Origin: an uncultured virus (IMG/VR IMGVR_UViG_3300042520_003480)
Taxonomy: Duplodnaviria; Heunggongvirae; Uroviricota; Caudoviricetes
Reading direction: 5' to 3' (one strand)
Virus record (IMG/VR): IMGVR_UViG_3300042520_003480
DNA length: 63,329 nt
The translations under genes were made by a program, and so were the position numbers. Shown one piece after another: positions 1 to 10,452 of this stretch (position 1 is the first letter of the stretch; each line of letters opens with the position of its first letter). The notes beneath the pieces are model-generated. The model saw only the letters and a list, made by a program, of their open reading frames with translations, was not told the DNA's origin and searched no databases.

Positions 1-546
1 ACTATCGTGTTTAATGCCTCTGCACTTTACACAGTTGTGTTGGCTTTCGATTACTACAGCTACGCCTCTGCTGCCAACACACAATCTTTCAATATGATCG
101 TGAATTTGCTTGGTCAGGCTTTCTTGAATATTAGGCCTGCGTGAATAGTAATCAACGATGCGATTAAGCTTACTTAGGCCGATGACCAAATCAGTAGTTT
201 TCTTGCCAGGAATATAAGCAGCATGACACATGCCATGAAAGGTCAAGTTGTGATGAGCGCACATACTGACTACCGGAATGCGCGTCTGACAAATTAGCCC
301 CGTATATCCTTCATCATTAGGGAATGCTGTAACTTCCGGCTCTGGACTATTTGAACCAGAGATTAGGTCATTTACCCACGCCTTAGCTACTCTGCGAGGC
401 GTATTTGCTGAATGGGGATCCGCTGCCCAATCAAATCCCAAAGAGGTTAAGAACTTTCCGTAGTACTCAGCAGCTTGCTCAATCATTTGAGCCTTTTCTT
501 CTGCTGTTCGTGCAATACTGCCGTTAGCTTTTTTAAGTAGTTCCAT
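1..546 (-). CDS. folE: GTP cyclohydrolase I (3' end beyond the window edge)
   Basis: Not in the ORF track; hand-translated from the ATG at 546: MELLKKANG...NTPRRVAKAW...SMCAHHNLTF...VIGLSKLNRIVDYYSRRPNIQESLT...HNCVKCRG. These are FolE Zn-ligand and GLSK motifs. Confidence 0.95.
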   Translation of the reverse strand, partial: MELLKKANGSIARTAEEKAQMIEQAAEYYGKFLTSLGFDWAADPHSANTPRRVAKAWVNDLISGSNSPEPEVTAFPNDEGYTGLICQTRIPVVSMCAHHNLTFHGMCHAAYIPGKKTTDLVIGLSKLNRIVDYYSRRPNIQESLTKQIHDHIERLCVGSRGVAVVIESQHNCVKCRGIKHDS

Positions 547-574
547 ATTTATAGAGATTAATTTTAATACAATT

Positions 575-1531
575 TTACAGATCAGCAAGAAGTTTTTTCA
601 AAGCCTCGTCAGTAGACTCATCCGTTTCATTAACGTCATCTTTTACTGAAGCTTTATTTGATGGTTTATTTGGAGCAGCTTCCACATTCTCAAAGACACT
701 TTCAATTGCTTCCGCTGACTTTTTTGTTGTCGTTGGCTTTTCATTTCGAATTGGGGCATATTCATCATCAGAATTATCTTCAACTGAAGATCCCGTCGTC
801 AAATTAAAAAAGTGCTCGTCTAACAACCGTTGCATTTCTGCTGGAGTCGTTTGCTTGTTCACTGCTTTAAGATCATGTACAGATTCGTAAATCTTCTGTA
901 CATCATTCTCCTCCAAGTCTAAGTCGGAAGGACTTAGAAATTTAGAAGAAGCATACGTAACCATTTGCTTGCCCCCTCGACCTGCTCCTGTTCGGCTTTC
1001 ACACTTAATGCGAAGAGTACTGCCGTTAGCAACATCAAAGACTTTCTCTACTCCAAATTCTTTAACATCGTCTCCCTCGAGAGCTGACTCGATAATCTTT
1101 GCTAGCTCTTTGCCATAGCGAAGGATTTTTACTTTACCTTCATTTTCTGGAGTTTCGGGATCCGAAATAACATACACATTGACCATCCAAGCTTCTTTGC
1201 GAGACAGAACGCGAGCAGACTCTTTTTCAGACTCTGTTCCTGTGCGATATGTTTTGAGATAATAAGCGTCAATAGGGCATGTTTCTCCAAAAGTAGTTGG
1301 ACAAAGAGCTGTCACATATTTGCCTGTAGCATTGGAATTCCAGCCGTGGTTATAGTAATGGAAAATGGTCTCCTTTGGTGAATTTGGATTTGGTACCAAG
1401 CGAACTTGGTATGTATTTCCAGCAGAAAATTTCATAATTTCCTTATATAAACCGTTTCCGCCTCCTTCCTTTTTGTCAGAGGAAAGTGATTGTTTGATTG
1501 CTTCGAACATTGATTTGGTGTTGATACTCAT
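575..1531 (-). CDS. T4 gp32-like single-stranded DNA-binding protein
   Basis: VRLVP, CPTTFGETCPID, NVYVISDPETPENEGKVKILRYGK and an acidic tail ending KKLLADL. Confidence 0.9.
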   Translation of the reverse strand: MSINTKSMFEAIKQSLSSDKKEGGGNGLYKEIMKFSAGNTYQVRLVPNPNSPKETIFHYYNHGWNSNATGKYVTALCPTTFGETCPIDAYYLKTYRTGTESEKESARVLSRKEAWMVNVYVISDPETPENEGKVKILRYGKELAKIIESALEGDDVKEFGVEKVFDVANGSTLRIKCESRTGAGRGGKQMVTYASSKFLSPSDLDLEENDVQKIYESVHDLKAVNKQTTPAEMQRLLDEHFFNLTTGSSVEDNSDDEYAPIRNEKPTTTKKSAEAIESVFENVEAAPNKPSNKASVKDDVNETDESTDEALKKLLADL

Positions 1532-1542
1532 AATTTCGTTTT

Positions 1543-2229
1543 TTATAATAGATTATTTTTTAATTGTGTCAACTGTTTTTCTACAAAATTAGAAAGAACA
1601 GGTAATGCTTTTTTAATGTAGGACTTGAGATTTGTTGAGTTGTTGTAGTTTATATACAATTGTTGAAATCGCTCTACAAACTCTCCAACAAAAATTTTTC
1701 GGACATCCTCGGCTAGGCTCTGAGCAGATGAAAATACATTGGTGAATTCCATAACACTGTAGATGTTTATTTTATTTTGTTTGTAGTGTTGCATCCAAGT
1801 GAATAAGTCAGATGTTCTGTGATACGGATATTGATAAAATTGGATGTTGTTTTCTATGCAGAAATTTGCAATAAATTTTAAAGAATCTTTAACACTTTCT
1901 ACTTGTGAATCTGGGTCCTGTAAAAACATTTGTTTTTTGTACATGGTGTATGATTTGATAGCTCTCATAGTAGAGAAATAATCTAACCCAAAATACTCAA
2001 CATCCGGATAAAGCTTATAAGGAGCTCTAAAAAACAAATCAGGATCTATTTCTGGGTGCTTTTTAAAAAGAGTCGAAATGCGCTTAAGAAATTTTTGCTT
2101 ATCTGTTTCGACAATATTGCTGAAGTCTTTTTTTACTTTAAACGGCTTGCTTTTTTCACTTCTTGATACCGCTAAGTGTTTGTTGTAAAGGTGCTTTTCT
2201 AAATCTGTTATTTGATTTTGACTTTCCAT
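1543..2229 (-). CDS. hypothetical protein, possibly a gp59-like helicase loader
   Basis: 228-aa helical protein directly upstream of gp32, the position of gene 59 in T4; no diagnostic motif seen. Confidence 0.35.
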   Translation of the reverse strand: MESQNQITDLEKHLYNKHLAVSRSEKSKPFKVKKDFSNIVETDKQKFLKRISTLFKKHPEIDPDLFFRAPYKLYPDVEYFGLDYFSTMRAIKSYTMYKKQMFLQDPDSQVESVKDSLKFIANFCIENNIQFYQYPYHRTSDLFTWMQHYKQNKINIYSVMEFTNVFSSAQSLAEDVRKIFVGEFVERFQQLYINYNNSTNLKSYIKKALPVLSNFVEKQLTQLKNNLL

Positions 2230-2527
2230 TTAGTTTTCGAATTAACGATTTTGTAATTTTTGACTTTACAAGACTTGGATGCAAATACAACAAAGAAAGT
2301 ATTGCTTCTTTAAAATTTTCTGAAGCTGTAATCTCTGTAAAGAATTTTTGATATTCTGGCTTTTCTAAAAGCAAAGAAAATAAAGTAGTTGTGTTTATTT
2401 TTTTGCCTTCAATCATAGAAAAGAACGAACCCGCTTTTGCCAATCCTTCATAAAATTCTTTAGAATGAATGTGGTCTAAAGGAGTTGCATTGGATGTCTC
2501 CAAATCAGTAAAAACGGATTCAAGCAT
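2156..2527 (-). CDS. hypothetical protein
   Basis: ORF in the operon; overlaps the next gene by 74 nt. Confidence 0.6.
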   Translation of the reverse strand: MLESVFTDLETSNATPLDHIHSKEFYEGLAKAGSFFSMIEGKKINTTTLFSLLLEKPEYQKFFTEITASENFKEAILSLLYLHPSLVKSKITKSLIRKLNGKSKSNNRFRKAPLQQTLSGIKK

Positions 2528-2545
2528 TATGACTGTATTTAACTT

Positions 2546-3433
2546 TTAATTTATTGGTTTCAACATTTTAGTGAACTCAATAAATTCTTCTGTTAAATTA
2601 CCGCCTGCTGCTGCTTCGTGTCCTCCACCTGATGCAATTCTTTGAACAAACTTGGACACATCTACTTGTGTGTTGTTAATGTTACGGCGAACAGCAATTC
2701 GTTTTTGTTCAATTAACACGGCTATTGCAACATCAACGTTATGAAATGTTAATAGCCAATCACAACACTCTTGCACAAACTTGGAACAAAAGACTGCTCC
2801 AACCTTTACGTTTTTTTGACCGTCAAATTCGACTTCTCCAAAAAACGGATTTAACGTTTCAATATACTCTTTACGATGTTTTTTGTAAAGAGTAATTGTG
2901 TTTTGTTTGAATTTATCAAAGGGTCTGAATCCTTCAAAATAATCATCAACAAAAGAATTAAATTTATCTGACATTGAGTGATACACGACGTTTAGTCCTT
3001 CTGACAAGGGTGTAGATTTGGTATTAGAATCCCAATCATCAGCTAAAGCAATAAGTGTTTTTTGGTTTGCACTAATTGTTTTATTCAATGGTTTAAAAAG
3101 AGTGTCGTATATTAATTTTGCACAACTTGTTTCATTGTATATTCTCGCAATTGCGTATTTAAATTGATATAAATTTGTTTTATGGTGATCTAAAATAACT
3201 GTTGATTTTTGATCAATTTTTTCTCCAATTTTGGAAACGTCTAAATCCAAGAAATATAATTTATCCCATTTTTTTCCTGATGACACGAGTTTGTCGTAAT
3301 CTTGTTCTAGTTTCATTGGAGTGGTCCCCAAGACGTCTAACTTTTTTCCATACAGCCAACAGAGAACTAGATAACTAACTACTCCATCAAGATCTGTATG
3401 AGTAATAACTTGTATTTTTTGATTATTCATCAC
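2546..3433 (-). CDS. DHH/DHHA1 phosphoesterase (RecJ/NrnA-like)
   Basis: HTDLDG, FLDLD, LDHHK and GGGHEAAAG motifs. Confidence 0.9.
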   Translation of the reverse strand: MMNNQKIQVITHTDLDGVVSYLVLCWLYGKKLDVLGTTPMKLEQDYDKLVSSGKKWDKLYFLDLDVSKIGEKIDQKSTVILDHHKTNLYQFKYAIARIYNETSCAKLIYDTLFKPLNKTISANQKTLIALADDWDSNTKSTPLSEGLNVVYHSMSDKFNSFVDDYFEGFRPFDKFKQNTITLYKKHRKEYIETLNPFFGEVEFDGQKNVKVGAVFCSKFVQECCDWLLTFHNVDVAIAVLIEQKRIAVRRNINNTQVDVSKFVQRIASGGGHEAAAGGNLTEEFIEFTKMLKPIN

Positions 3434-4784
3434 TGATTAGGTTATTTAGTGCTCTGTCTGCATTTTTTATATTGTCTTCTGTAGAATTTCCGTCTGCCTC
3501 AAAATAATCGGAATTTGTTTCTTTAAGCGTGAGAGTATTATAATTGCACTTAAAGGCAGCTGAGCCGAAGTTTGGGCCAAACCGATTTTTCTGCATACCC
3601 ATGTTAATAATTCCGAGCTCTCTATCTTCTTCCTCTTGCCACAAAGAGCAAATTACATCGCATGTTGCTGCTAGACCAATTGATTCTGAAATGCCTTCCA
3701 TACCTGGAGATGCTGTATTGAAACTCCCTCTGTTTAATTGAGTGGCAGAAACAATTGGAATATTGTATTTAAAAGCCAACGCTCTCAAATGCTCTGATAT
3801 CTCTTTTACTGATTCGTATGAATTAAGATTTTTAGCAATAGGATGTATAAGATTGATATAATCAATAACAACTATATCAGGAGTAAACCCTTTGTGCTTT
3901 AATTTTGTAATAAATGAATCTATGTGTCTTACTGTAATTGTTTTGGGGGGGTATTCTTTTACAACCAATTTACTGTTAATGTTTCTTTTTATGTGCTTTA
4001 ACTGCTCTTTGAGTTCGTCAGTATATAATTTGAGATCACCATGTGGAATTTGAGTCAATTGCGTACTAATTCTTTTAGAGTACATAAACTCTGACATTTC
4101 AAGAGAAATTAACAAAACGTTTTTATCTGCTAGCAACATATTAGTTGAAATGTTGCCTAATACTATTGATTTACCTACATTAACTTGCCCAGCAAATACA
4201 GTGAGAGTTTTTGGAAACAAACCACCCTCAGTTTTTTCGTCAAAGAACTTCCATCCTGTTGGAATTGGATTGTATACAGCAATTAAATCCTTAACGTGTT
4301 TGTCTATATCTTCAAAGTACCAGTGACCTAAGTTTTCCTTTAAGGTAATGTTATATGCCTTCTCAAAATCAACTAGCACTTCCTCAATGGAGAAGGATTG
4401 ATCTGAAAATTTCTCAGCAACGTTTAGAATTGTTTTGTATACAAAGCGCTCTTTTAAAAATTTTTCGGTATTCTGAATTAACTCTTCTTTATTAAAAGGA
4501 CCTTCTATTTGAGATAATTTTGGTTTAACTTCAGCTAAAGCTTTTTTGTCCTCTTCAGACGTCAATCTTGCTTTGATTTCCGTTACTGATGGTACGGTTC
4601 CTCTTTCCGCAAAAAATTTGCTTATGCCTTCAACAACTTTACCAATATTTTTGTCTGCAAAAAAAGAAGAATCAATATAACCAATAATCGAACTTAAATA
4701 TTCTTGATCCGTAAGAGCATTAAACAGAAGTATATTTTCAAAGTAATCTAAGTCTAATTTAGAGGGTGGTTTTGGTTTTGTCAT
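3423..4784 (-). CDS. gp41-like DnaB replicative helicase
   Basis: AGQVNVGKS Walker A, ISLEMSE, VVIDYI, SATQLNR and KNRFG. Confidence 0.95.
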   Translation of the reverse strand: MTKPKPPSKLDLDYFENILLFNALTDQEYLSSIIGYIDSSFFADKNIGKVVEGISKFFAERGTVPSVTEIKARLTSEEDKKALAEVKPKLSQIEGPFNKEELIQNTEKFLKERFVYKTILNVAEKFSDQSFSIEEVLVDFEKAYNITLKENLGHWYFEDIDKHVKDLIAVYNPIPTGWKFFDEKTEGGLFPKTLTVFAGQVNVGKSIVLGNISTNMLLADKNVLLISLEMSEFMYSKRISTQLTQIPHGDLKLYTDELKEQLKHIKRNINSKLVVKEYPPKTITVRHIDSFITKLKHKGFTPDIVVIDYINLIHPIAKNLNSYESVKEISEHLRALAFKYNIPIVSATQLNRGSFNTASPGMEGISESIGLAATCDVICSLWQEEEDRELGIINMGMQKNRFGPNFGSAAFKCNYNTLTLKETNSDYFEADGNSTEDNIKNADRALNNLISDE

Positions 4785-5860
4785 TCGGAGTGATCTTCAC
4801 CCAAATCTGTATCTTGATCAACGGTTCCGTACCGAAGCTCTTCTTGCAATTTTTGCTCGAGCACCGGACAAATTTTTTCCCAAAACATGGGATCTTTTTC
4901 TACGTTTTTACGATATCCAATACTATCTCCTTGAAATTGATATGTTTTACCTGTTTGTTCAATTACACCAAGAGCTAGAGCCAAGTCAAACAACCCCGTG
5001 TTTTTATCCAGTCCAGTTTTAAAATTAAGATACAACTCTGTCTTTAAAAAGGGAGGAACAACACGGTTTTTAACCGTCATTGCGCTCATTGTTACTCCTG
5101 AAACATTGTTTGAAATTGCTATTGAACTTTCATCAGGATTTTCACTTACTTTTTCATTCCTTGTTGAAAGTTGAACTAAAACCGACGCCAAATAAATTGG
5201 TCCTTTACCGCCAGCTTGATTTTTAATCAAACTTGGGAACATCTCCATGCCCTCATAGATGTGGTTTGAAAAAAGAATTGGAACCCCAGCCTTGGCTGCT
5301 TTATATGTAATTGATCTCATCATGCTTTTCGTTGCTTTTGCACGTTGGCCCACGTCAGCAGCATCTTTGCCTTTGCGAGCATCTTCAATTTCTTTTGAGG
5401 AAGCTAGATTACCAAGTGAGTCAATTGAAATAATAAACTTTAAACTTGGATCATTTGTTGCAATTACGTTGTCGAGGAACGTACTAATTTGATTTCTACA
5501 TTCTTCAATCGTTTCTACAGGATAGTATTTTGTTTTCTTGAGATCCATTCCTACATTTTTTGCGCTTTGTTTGTCGACAGCTACTTCTGAATCCCAAATT
5601 ACGGCAATATATCCTTTTTTTTGAGCGTTAGCTAAAACCTTGTTGATAATTAAAGTTTTACCTGCACCAGAAGGGCCAGCAAAACCAGTAATACGGCCTA
5701 CTGGAATACCTTTGTATAGGGAACCTGAAATAATAGCGTTTAAGGCTTTAGAGCCCGTATCAATCCAATCAGAAGGAGTAGAAATAGAACTCTCATCCAA
5801 CATTCCTCCGTCTGGATTCATTTTATCTACATCTCCAAATATGTTTTTTAAGTTATTCAT
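4781..5860 (-). CDS. uvsX: RecA-like recombinase UvsX
   Basis: IDTGSKALN, GPSGAGKT, WDSE, IDSLGNL and GGKGPIY. Confidence 0.93.
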   Translation of the reverse strand: MNNLKNIFGDVDKMNPDGGMLDESSISTPSDWIDTGSKALNAIISGSLYKGIPVGRITGFAGPSGAGKTLIINKVLANAQKKGYIAVIWDSEVAVDKQSAKNVGMDLKKTKYYPVETIEECRNQISTFLDNVIATNDPSLKFIISIDSLGNLASSKEIEDARKGKDAADVGQRAKATKSMMRSITYKAAKAGVPILFSNHIYEGMEMFPSLIKNQAGGKGPIYLASVLVQLSTRNEKVSENPDESSIAISNNVSGVTMSAMTVKNRVVPPFLKTELYLNFKTGLDKNTGLFDLALALGVIEQTGKTYQFQGDSIGYRKNVEKDPMFWEKICPVLEQKLQEELRYGTVDQDTDLGEDHSE

Positions 5861-5898
5861 GCGTTAGAAGCATCCTAGAGAAATAATATTTTTCAACC

Positions 5899-5930
5899 AA
5901 AAAAAAGGAGAGCGTTTAGCTCTCCTTTTT
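5899..5930. terminator. rho-independent terminator, probably bidirectional
   Basis: AAAAAAAA-GGAGAGC-GTTTA-GCTCTCC-TTTTT: a hairpin with a U-tract on both strands. Confidence 0.85.
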
Positions 5931-5953
5931 GCAGTTGACTCTTGTTTTAATTT

Positions 5954-6316
5954 TTACTCCTCATCAAACAACTTTACAACCTTAGGCTCTTCTTGTGAAG
6001 CAGGAGCTTGTGGTGGCTGGAACATATGTTCGTATTGAGATACGAATTGTTCAGCAAACGGAATGTCTTCTGACATCGTAATGTTGTTTTTTTTGAAATT
6101 CCAAACAGTGGTCTGAGACTTGTCTGCTTGAAATTCTCTAAAAAACAAAGGAAGAATTTGCAGTTGTAGTTGGTTAGTTTGAGTGTTTGGTTGAACGTGA
6201 ACCAATGCAGGGTTCCGAACAGATAGGATGTCCTTGTCCTCAGTGGCTACTTTTCCAATGATGGTTCTTCCAATGTTATCAAGGAAGACTGTTATTTTGT
6301 CTGATGTGTTACTCAT
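5954..6316 (-). CDS. hypothetical protein
   Basis: Clean ORF with a TAAATA late-type element upstream, followed by the terminator. Confidence 0.75.
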   Translation of the reverse strand: MSNTSDKITVFLDNIGRTIIGKVATEDKDILSVRNPALVHVQPNTQTNQLQLQILPLFFREFQADKSQTTVWNFKKNNITMSEDIPFAEQFVSQYEHMFQPPQAPASQEEPKVVKLFDEE

Positions 6317-6342
6317 AGTTTTATTTCTTTAAATAAATTAAC

Positions 6343-6591
6343 TCAATTTTTGTTTAAGTCAACCAACTGACTAATGTATTGAAGTACTTTTTCTCCTTTT
6401 TGACTAAGAAGAATTCTTTCGTCGGAAGCAATAAACACGATATCATATAGCTCTAATAGATATAAAAAATCCTCAAGTGTTTGGTTTTCTAAAAATTCTT
6501 GAAAATAAGAATCTTCATCTGCAATGCTCCTGAGCGTGTAGTACAAATCCTCATAAGTTAAAGTTTGGAAAATTTGCTCTGCAGTATACAT
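6343..6591 (-). CDS. hypothetical acidic protein
   Basis: Likely start MYTAEQ just after the polymerase stop. Confidence 0.6.
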   Translation of the reverse strand: MYTAEQIFQTLTYEDLYYTLRSIADEDSYFQEFLENQTLEDFLYLLELYDIVFIASDERILLSQKGEKVLQYISQLVDLNKN

Positions 6592-6601
6592 AATAAAGTA
6601 T

Positions 6602-9151
6602 TTACATACCAAACATATCAAAAAGATCGGTTTGTATCTCTTTTCCAATTTCAGGTAAACACCAGCCAATTGCATCATAAAGACGCTCTGTCGGTTGAGT
6701 GACTAGTTTTGTGAACATTTTGTCCCAATCAATCTTAATGCCAAATTCTTCCGGAAGAGTTGTTGTGTATGTTATTGCATCCAAGCCGTATTTGTTTTTA
6801 GCGCAATATAATTTTTTGACCTTTTGTCCAGCTTGAATTAACTCAAATTTATCGTCAAGTTTGCACTCTTTGATTAAAATGTTGTATGCAATAGCTCCTT
6901 TAACATGAGACGGAGTTCCTTTTTTATATTTGTAAAGAGATGCACCTTCTGAGTATTTTTCCAAATTATTAATAGAGGTCCTTGCCGCAATGTCATTTGG
7001 ATCTAGCGTCAAAAAATCTAAATATCCTTGTCTGTATACTTCATTGGTTTGTTTTAAATTTTGAGTTAACAGAGCTGTTTTGATAATATCTTCAATGAAT
7101 TTTTTAACTTTCTTAGGAGTTGTAGAACGAACTAGCTCAATTCCTGTGTACTTAAATTTATCTACGGCCACCCCTTCTTCATCCAGTACGTGAAGAATGT
7201 ATCTTTTCTTTTGAAGAAAAATGCCAACATCTGAAATAACTTCACGTTTAAACACGTAACGAGGGTCAATAGAAAACAATTCAGCCTTAGCCCAATTCAA
7301 TATTTCTGAATTGACATACTCATCAAGCTTGTCGACGAGCTTGTGAACAGCCTCGCTAATTTTTCCGTTATTTACCAATTGAATGTTCTCTTTGCTTAAT
7401 ATTGAGTCGATTGAAACGTAAACGGAGTCTGTATCTCCGTATTTTGTAATTGACTCTGTTAAGCCATAGTTATTCCTTACGTATTCATCTAAAATATTTC
7501 CACCTGCTCTTGCCACGTTTTGTCCGGTTATAGTAATTGACATTGCGTTATCAATGTCCATTAAAGAAGAGTGTTTATTCGCAAACGTTCCGTAAATTGA
7601 ATTAAGCAAAATCTTTAATGTATACTGCAACGTGTCGTAGTAAGTCATTTTTAACAAAGAATCCTTGTCCTTGCGCTTGGTTCTTTTAAGTTCGCTCAAC
7701 TGAGTTTTAGTAGCAACACGCTCTTTGTAAATTTGATCAATAAGATTTGGAATAACTCCCTTTGTTTTTTGCGTGTAAATTACGCCAGCTTTAGATAAAG
7801 AAACTTGCTCCTTTATTAAGAATTGTTTAAATTTCTCGGTTGTTAATTTGTGTAACTTTCCGTTCATTAGCCGAAGAGTTACTTCAGGGGTTACGCCATA
7901 CTCTCCGTCAACAATTTTTCCTAACTTTGTTTCAGGCGAAATGTTCAAAGTAATAATTGTGTTTGGATATAGTGAATTAACGTCAAAACTGACAATTGCT
8001 TTTTGTATTCCTTTTTCTGGATCTCTTACAAGCCCTCCTTCGTATGACTCTCTTTCTTGCTTATTAGGAAATGTGGGTATAACGTATCCTTGCTTTGATG
8101 CTTGTATTGCAACAGCTCCTGTAACAATTGCAATTTTGCCAAGAGCTGATTCAAAATTAGTACAACCTTTATATGAAAGCATGCGAGCAATTTCGAGAAA
8201 TTTAAGTTTTTCTTCTAACTTTACTAAAAGATGAACGTCTTGTATGTTGTAGTCAACAAACAAATTCCAATCTGTTTGAGCTAGTTCTCCCAAACTAACA
8301 GCGTTGTGGGATATTTTGCCTTCCCCTAACTCAAGTTCGGAGATGTAGTTTAGACTAAACGATTCTCTTTCTCCAGGAGAAAAATTCTTGTAAAGATCCA
8401 TGTAGTCAATCAAGGAAATTCCTCCAATGGACCAAATGGTTACTTCTTTACCCATATCAGTAAATACTTTCCTGTTTCTAATGACATTAACAGGCGAAAG
8501 TTGGTTGATAAAATCTTCTCCAAATATCTTTTTGAATCTGTTAATGATGTAAGGAAAGTCAAAGCCACTACTGTTCCAACCTGATGCAATATCAGGATAA
8601 TCACTTTTCCAAAAATCTACAAACTGCAAAATGAGATCTTGTTCATCTTTGCATCTGTGATATATGCAATTAGGCAGTGTTGGAGTATATTGCTTTTGCA
8701 ATCCCCAAGTATGAGTACTTTTGGTAAGAGTATCATACACTGTTATTAGATTAATTGGTACTGCTGCTCTTTCAGGAGTAGGAAAAGCAGAATCAACCGT
8801 CGTATCAACTTCGATATCTAATAGAAAAACCTTAAGTGGAAATTTAGAAAAATTTAAATCGCTATTGCTGTCCTTATACATTTCAATAAGGAATTGCTGT
8901 TCAGGACTTAGGTTGTGAAACAACCTATTATTTGCTGTATTTTCTACAAACTTCCTACGATCAATACTATTTCTAAAAGTTTTTTTCGTTAGGGCAGTTT
9001 TAAAAATTGATACAGCGTCCTCAGCTCCTTCTTTCTCTAAAAATAGATACGGTCGAAAAGGAATTTCGGTATCAATGCGTTCTCCATCTTCTGTCCAAGT
9101 TCTGAGAAACACTGACTCATTAAACGGGTTATAATTAGCTGATCTGTACAT
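6602..9151 (-). CDS. family B DNA polymerase (gp43-like)
   Basis: Exonuclease motifs DIEV, GWNSSGFD, YNIQD; polymerase motifs SFDVNSLYP, KILLNSIYG, YGDTDS and KKRY. Confidence 0.98.
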   Translation of the reverse strand: MYRSANYNPFNESVFLRTWTEDGERIDTEIPFRPYLFLEKEGAEDAVSIFKTALTKKTFRNSIDRRKFVENTANNRLFHNLSPEQQFLIEMYKDSNSDLNFSKFPLKVFLLDIEVDTTVDSAFPTPERAAVPINLITVYDTLTKSTHTWGLQKQYTPTLPNCIYHRCKDEQDLILQFVDFWKSDYPDIASGWNSSGFDFPYIINRFKKIFGEDFINQLSPVNVIRNRKVFTDMGKEVTIWSIGGISLIDYMDLYKNFSPGERESFSLNYISELELGEGKISHNAVSLGELAQTDWNLFVDYNIQDVHLLVKLEEKLKFLEIARMLSYKGCTNFESALGKIAIVTGAVAIQASKQGYVIPTFPNKQERESYEGGLVRDPEKGIQKAIVSFDVNSLYPNTIITLNISPETKLGKIVDGEYGVTPEVTLRLMNGKLHKLTTEKFKQFLIKEQVSLSKAGVIYTQKTKGVIPNLIDQIYKERVATKTQLSELKRTKRKDKDSLLKMTYYDTLQYTLKILLNSIYGTFANKHSSLMDIDNAMSITITGQNVARAGGNILDEYVRNNYGLTESITKYGDTDSVYVSIDSILSKENIQLVNNGKISEAVHKLVDKLDEYVNSEILNWAKAELFSIDPRYVFKREVISDVGIFLQKKRYILHVLDEEGVAVDKFKYTGIELVRSTTPKKVKKFIEDIIKTALLTQNLKQTNEVYRQGYLDFLTLDPNDIAARTSINNLEKYSEGASLYKYKKGTPSHVKGAIAYNILIKECKLDDKFELIQAGQKVKKLYCAKNKYGLDAITYTTTLPEEFGIKIDWDKMFTKLVTQPTERLYDAIGWCLPEIGKEIQTDLFDMFGM

Positions 9152-9189
9152 GCAGCTATTTTACTTTAGCAAAAACGCTCGATCAACAA

Positions 9190-10410
9190 TTATTTCAAAT
9201 ACTTTCTGGATGGATCTCCAAAAGAAGTAAAATACGCTTCATAGTGTTTCAACAAATTCTGTTCATCATCCAACCAGAAATTATCTGCATGTGCTCGAGA
9301 TTTTTTACAAAAGTCTGCATATACGGTCTGATTCTTTAGGGCCATTTTAATACAATCAATGAATTCATCTCCTGTTTTATATTTGATTAAAGCGTCTTTG
9401 TATGTAACCATGTCCGGACAGACACAAGGGAGACCTAACGCTCCAGCTTCAATTAACTTAATGTTGCTCTTGCAACGGTTAAAGTTATTATCTTGCAAAC
9501 ACGCAAATGTCAATTGAGCTCCTGAATTAGCCATGACTTCTGGAAACTTAGTTAATTCGACCCAAGGAAAAAATTTCATTTGTCCATTGTCAATGTACGG
9601 CTTGAGCGGCAACGGATAAGAGCCATAAAAGTGCCAATTAATTTCTGTTTTTGTTTTTATGATATGCTGGATAACTGGAGCAAAGTCGTCTTGTTGGTTT
9701 ACGCGATTAACAACGTCAACGTGTGTGCCTGACGCAAAAATGGCCACAATTGGCTTTTTTTTGTTCTTCTCGTAATTTTTTAAAAGGTTTCCTAGATTAT
9801 AATATCTATCAAACCACCACTTCATGAGATAGTTTGGAATAAAGCTTACGTTTTTATTACCACTTTTTTCGATCATGTAGTCTCTAAAATATTCACTCGT
9901 AACAATAATCTCATCCATTGTTAGCAAAATTTGCTTAATTGAATCTTGGATTTCTTTTGATGTAAAAGCATCTCTGTTGCGATTATAAAGAGGGATGTCT
10001 TCAGCGAAAACAACATCATCTACTTCATAAATAAGCTTTGTTTTATTTTTTGCACTAAGTTGTTTTAGCATGTTTATAAACATCAATTGCTGAGGAGTAG
10101 CTTGACGCTGAAACTTAATTGCTTTGACGTTAGTATAGAAACGCTCATCAAACACCATTGAAGTTGATTCCAAAATGACGGCTTTTTGGGTTAAGTTTAA
10201 CAAGAGGTTTGGAGCAATGCACCGATAATATCCGCAACCTCCATAGTCAGCCAAATAATTTACTGCTCTATTTAAACCTTCTCCTGGAATCTGTGGAGGA
10301 GCAAGTTGATTGTTGGGTTGATGAGCAATGAACGTATTAGTAGGAATGCCTAAAGGAAGACCTAGAGGAGCTCCAGGCAAATTTTGTAGTCCAATTTGAA
10401 CGGGTGTCAT
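9190..10410 (-). CDS. glycosyltransferase (GT-B/GT4-like)
   Basis: GCGYYR, YEVDDVVF and FNRCKSNIKLIEAGALGLP motifs typical of phage glycosyltransferases. Confidence 0.8.
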   Translation of the reverse strand: MTPVQIGLQNLPGAPLGLPLGIPTNTFIAHQPNNQLAPPQIPGEGLNRAVNYLADYGGCGYYRCIAPNLLLNLTQKAVILESTSMVFDERFYTNVKAIKFQRQATPQQLMFINMLKQLSAKNKTKLIYEVDDVVFAEDIPLYNRNRDAFTSKEIQDSIKQILLTMDEIIVTSEYFRDYMIEKSGNKNVSFIPNYLMKWWFDRYYNLGNLLKNYEKNKKKPIVAIFASGTHVDVVNRVNQQDDFAPVIQHIIKTKTEINWHFYGSYPLPLKPYIDNGQMKFFPWVELTKFPEVMANSGAQLTFACLQDNNFNRCKSNIKLIEAGALGLPCVCPDMVTYKDALIKYKTGDEFIDCIKMALKNQTVYADFCKKSRAHADNFWLDDEQNLLKHYEAYFTSFGDPSRKYLK

Positions 10411-10452
10411 AAATTTTAATTAAAAGAAAACTTAAAATAGTCTATATGATTT

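Noticed and set aside
6602..9151. Intron or intein in the polymerase, helicase or recombinase
   Set aside because: The ORFs are continuous, of normal length and lack splice motifs.
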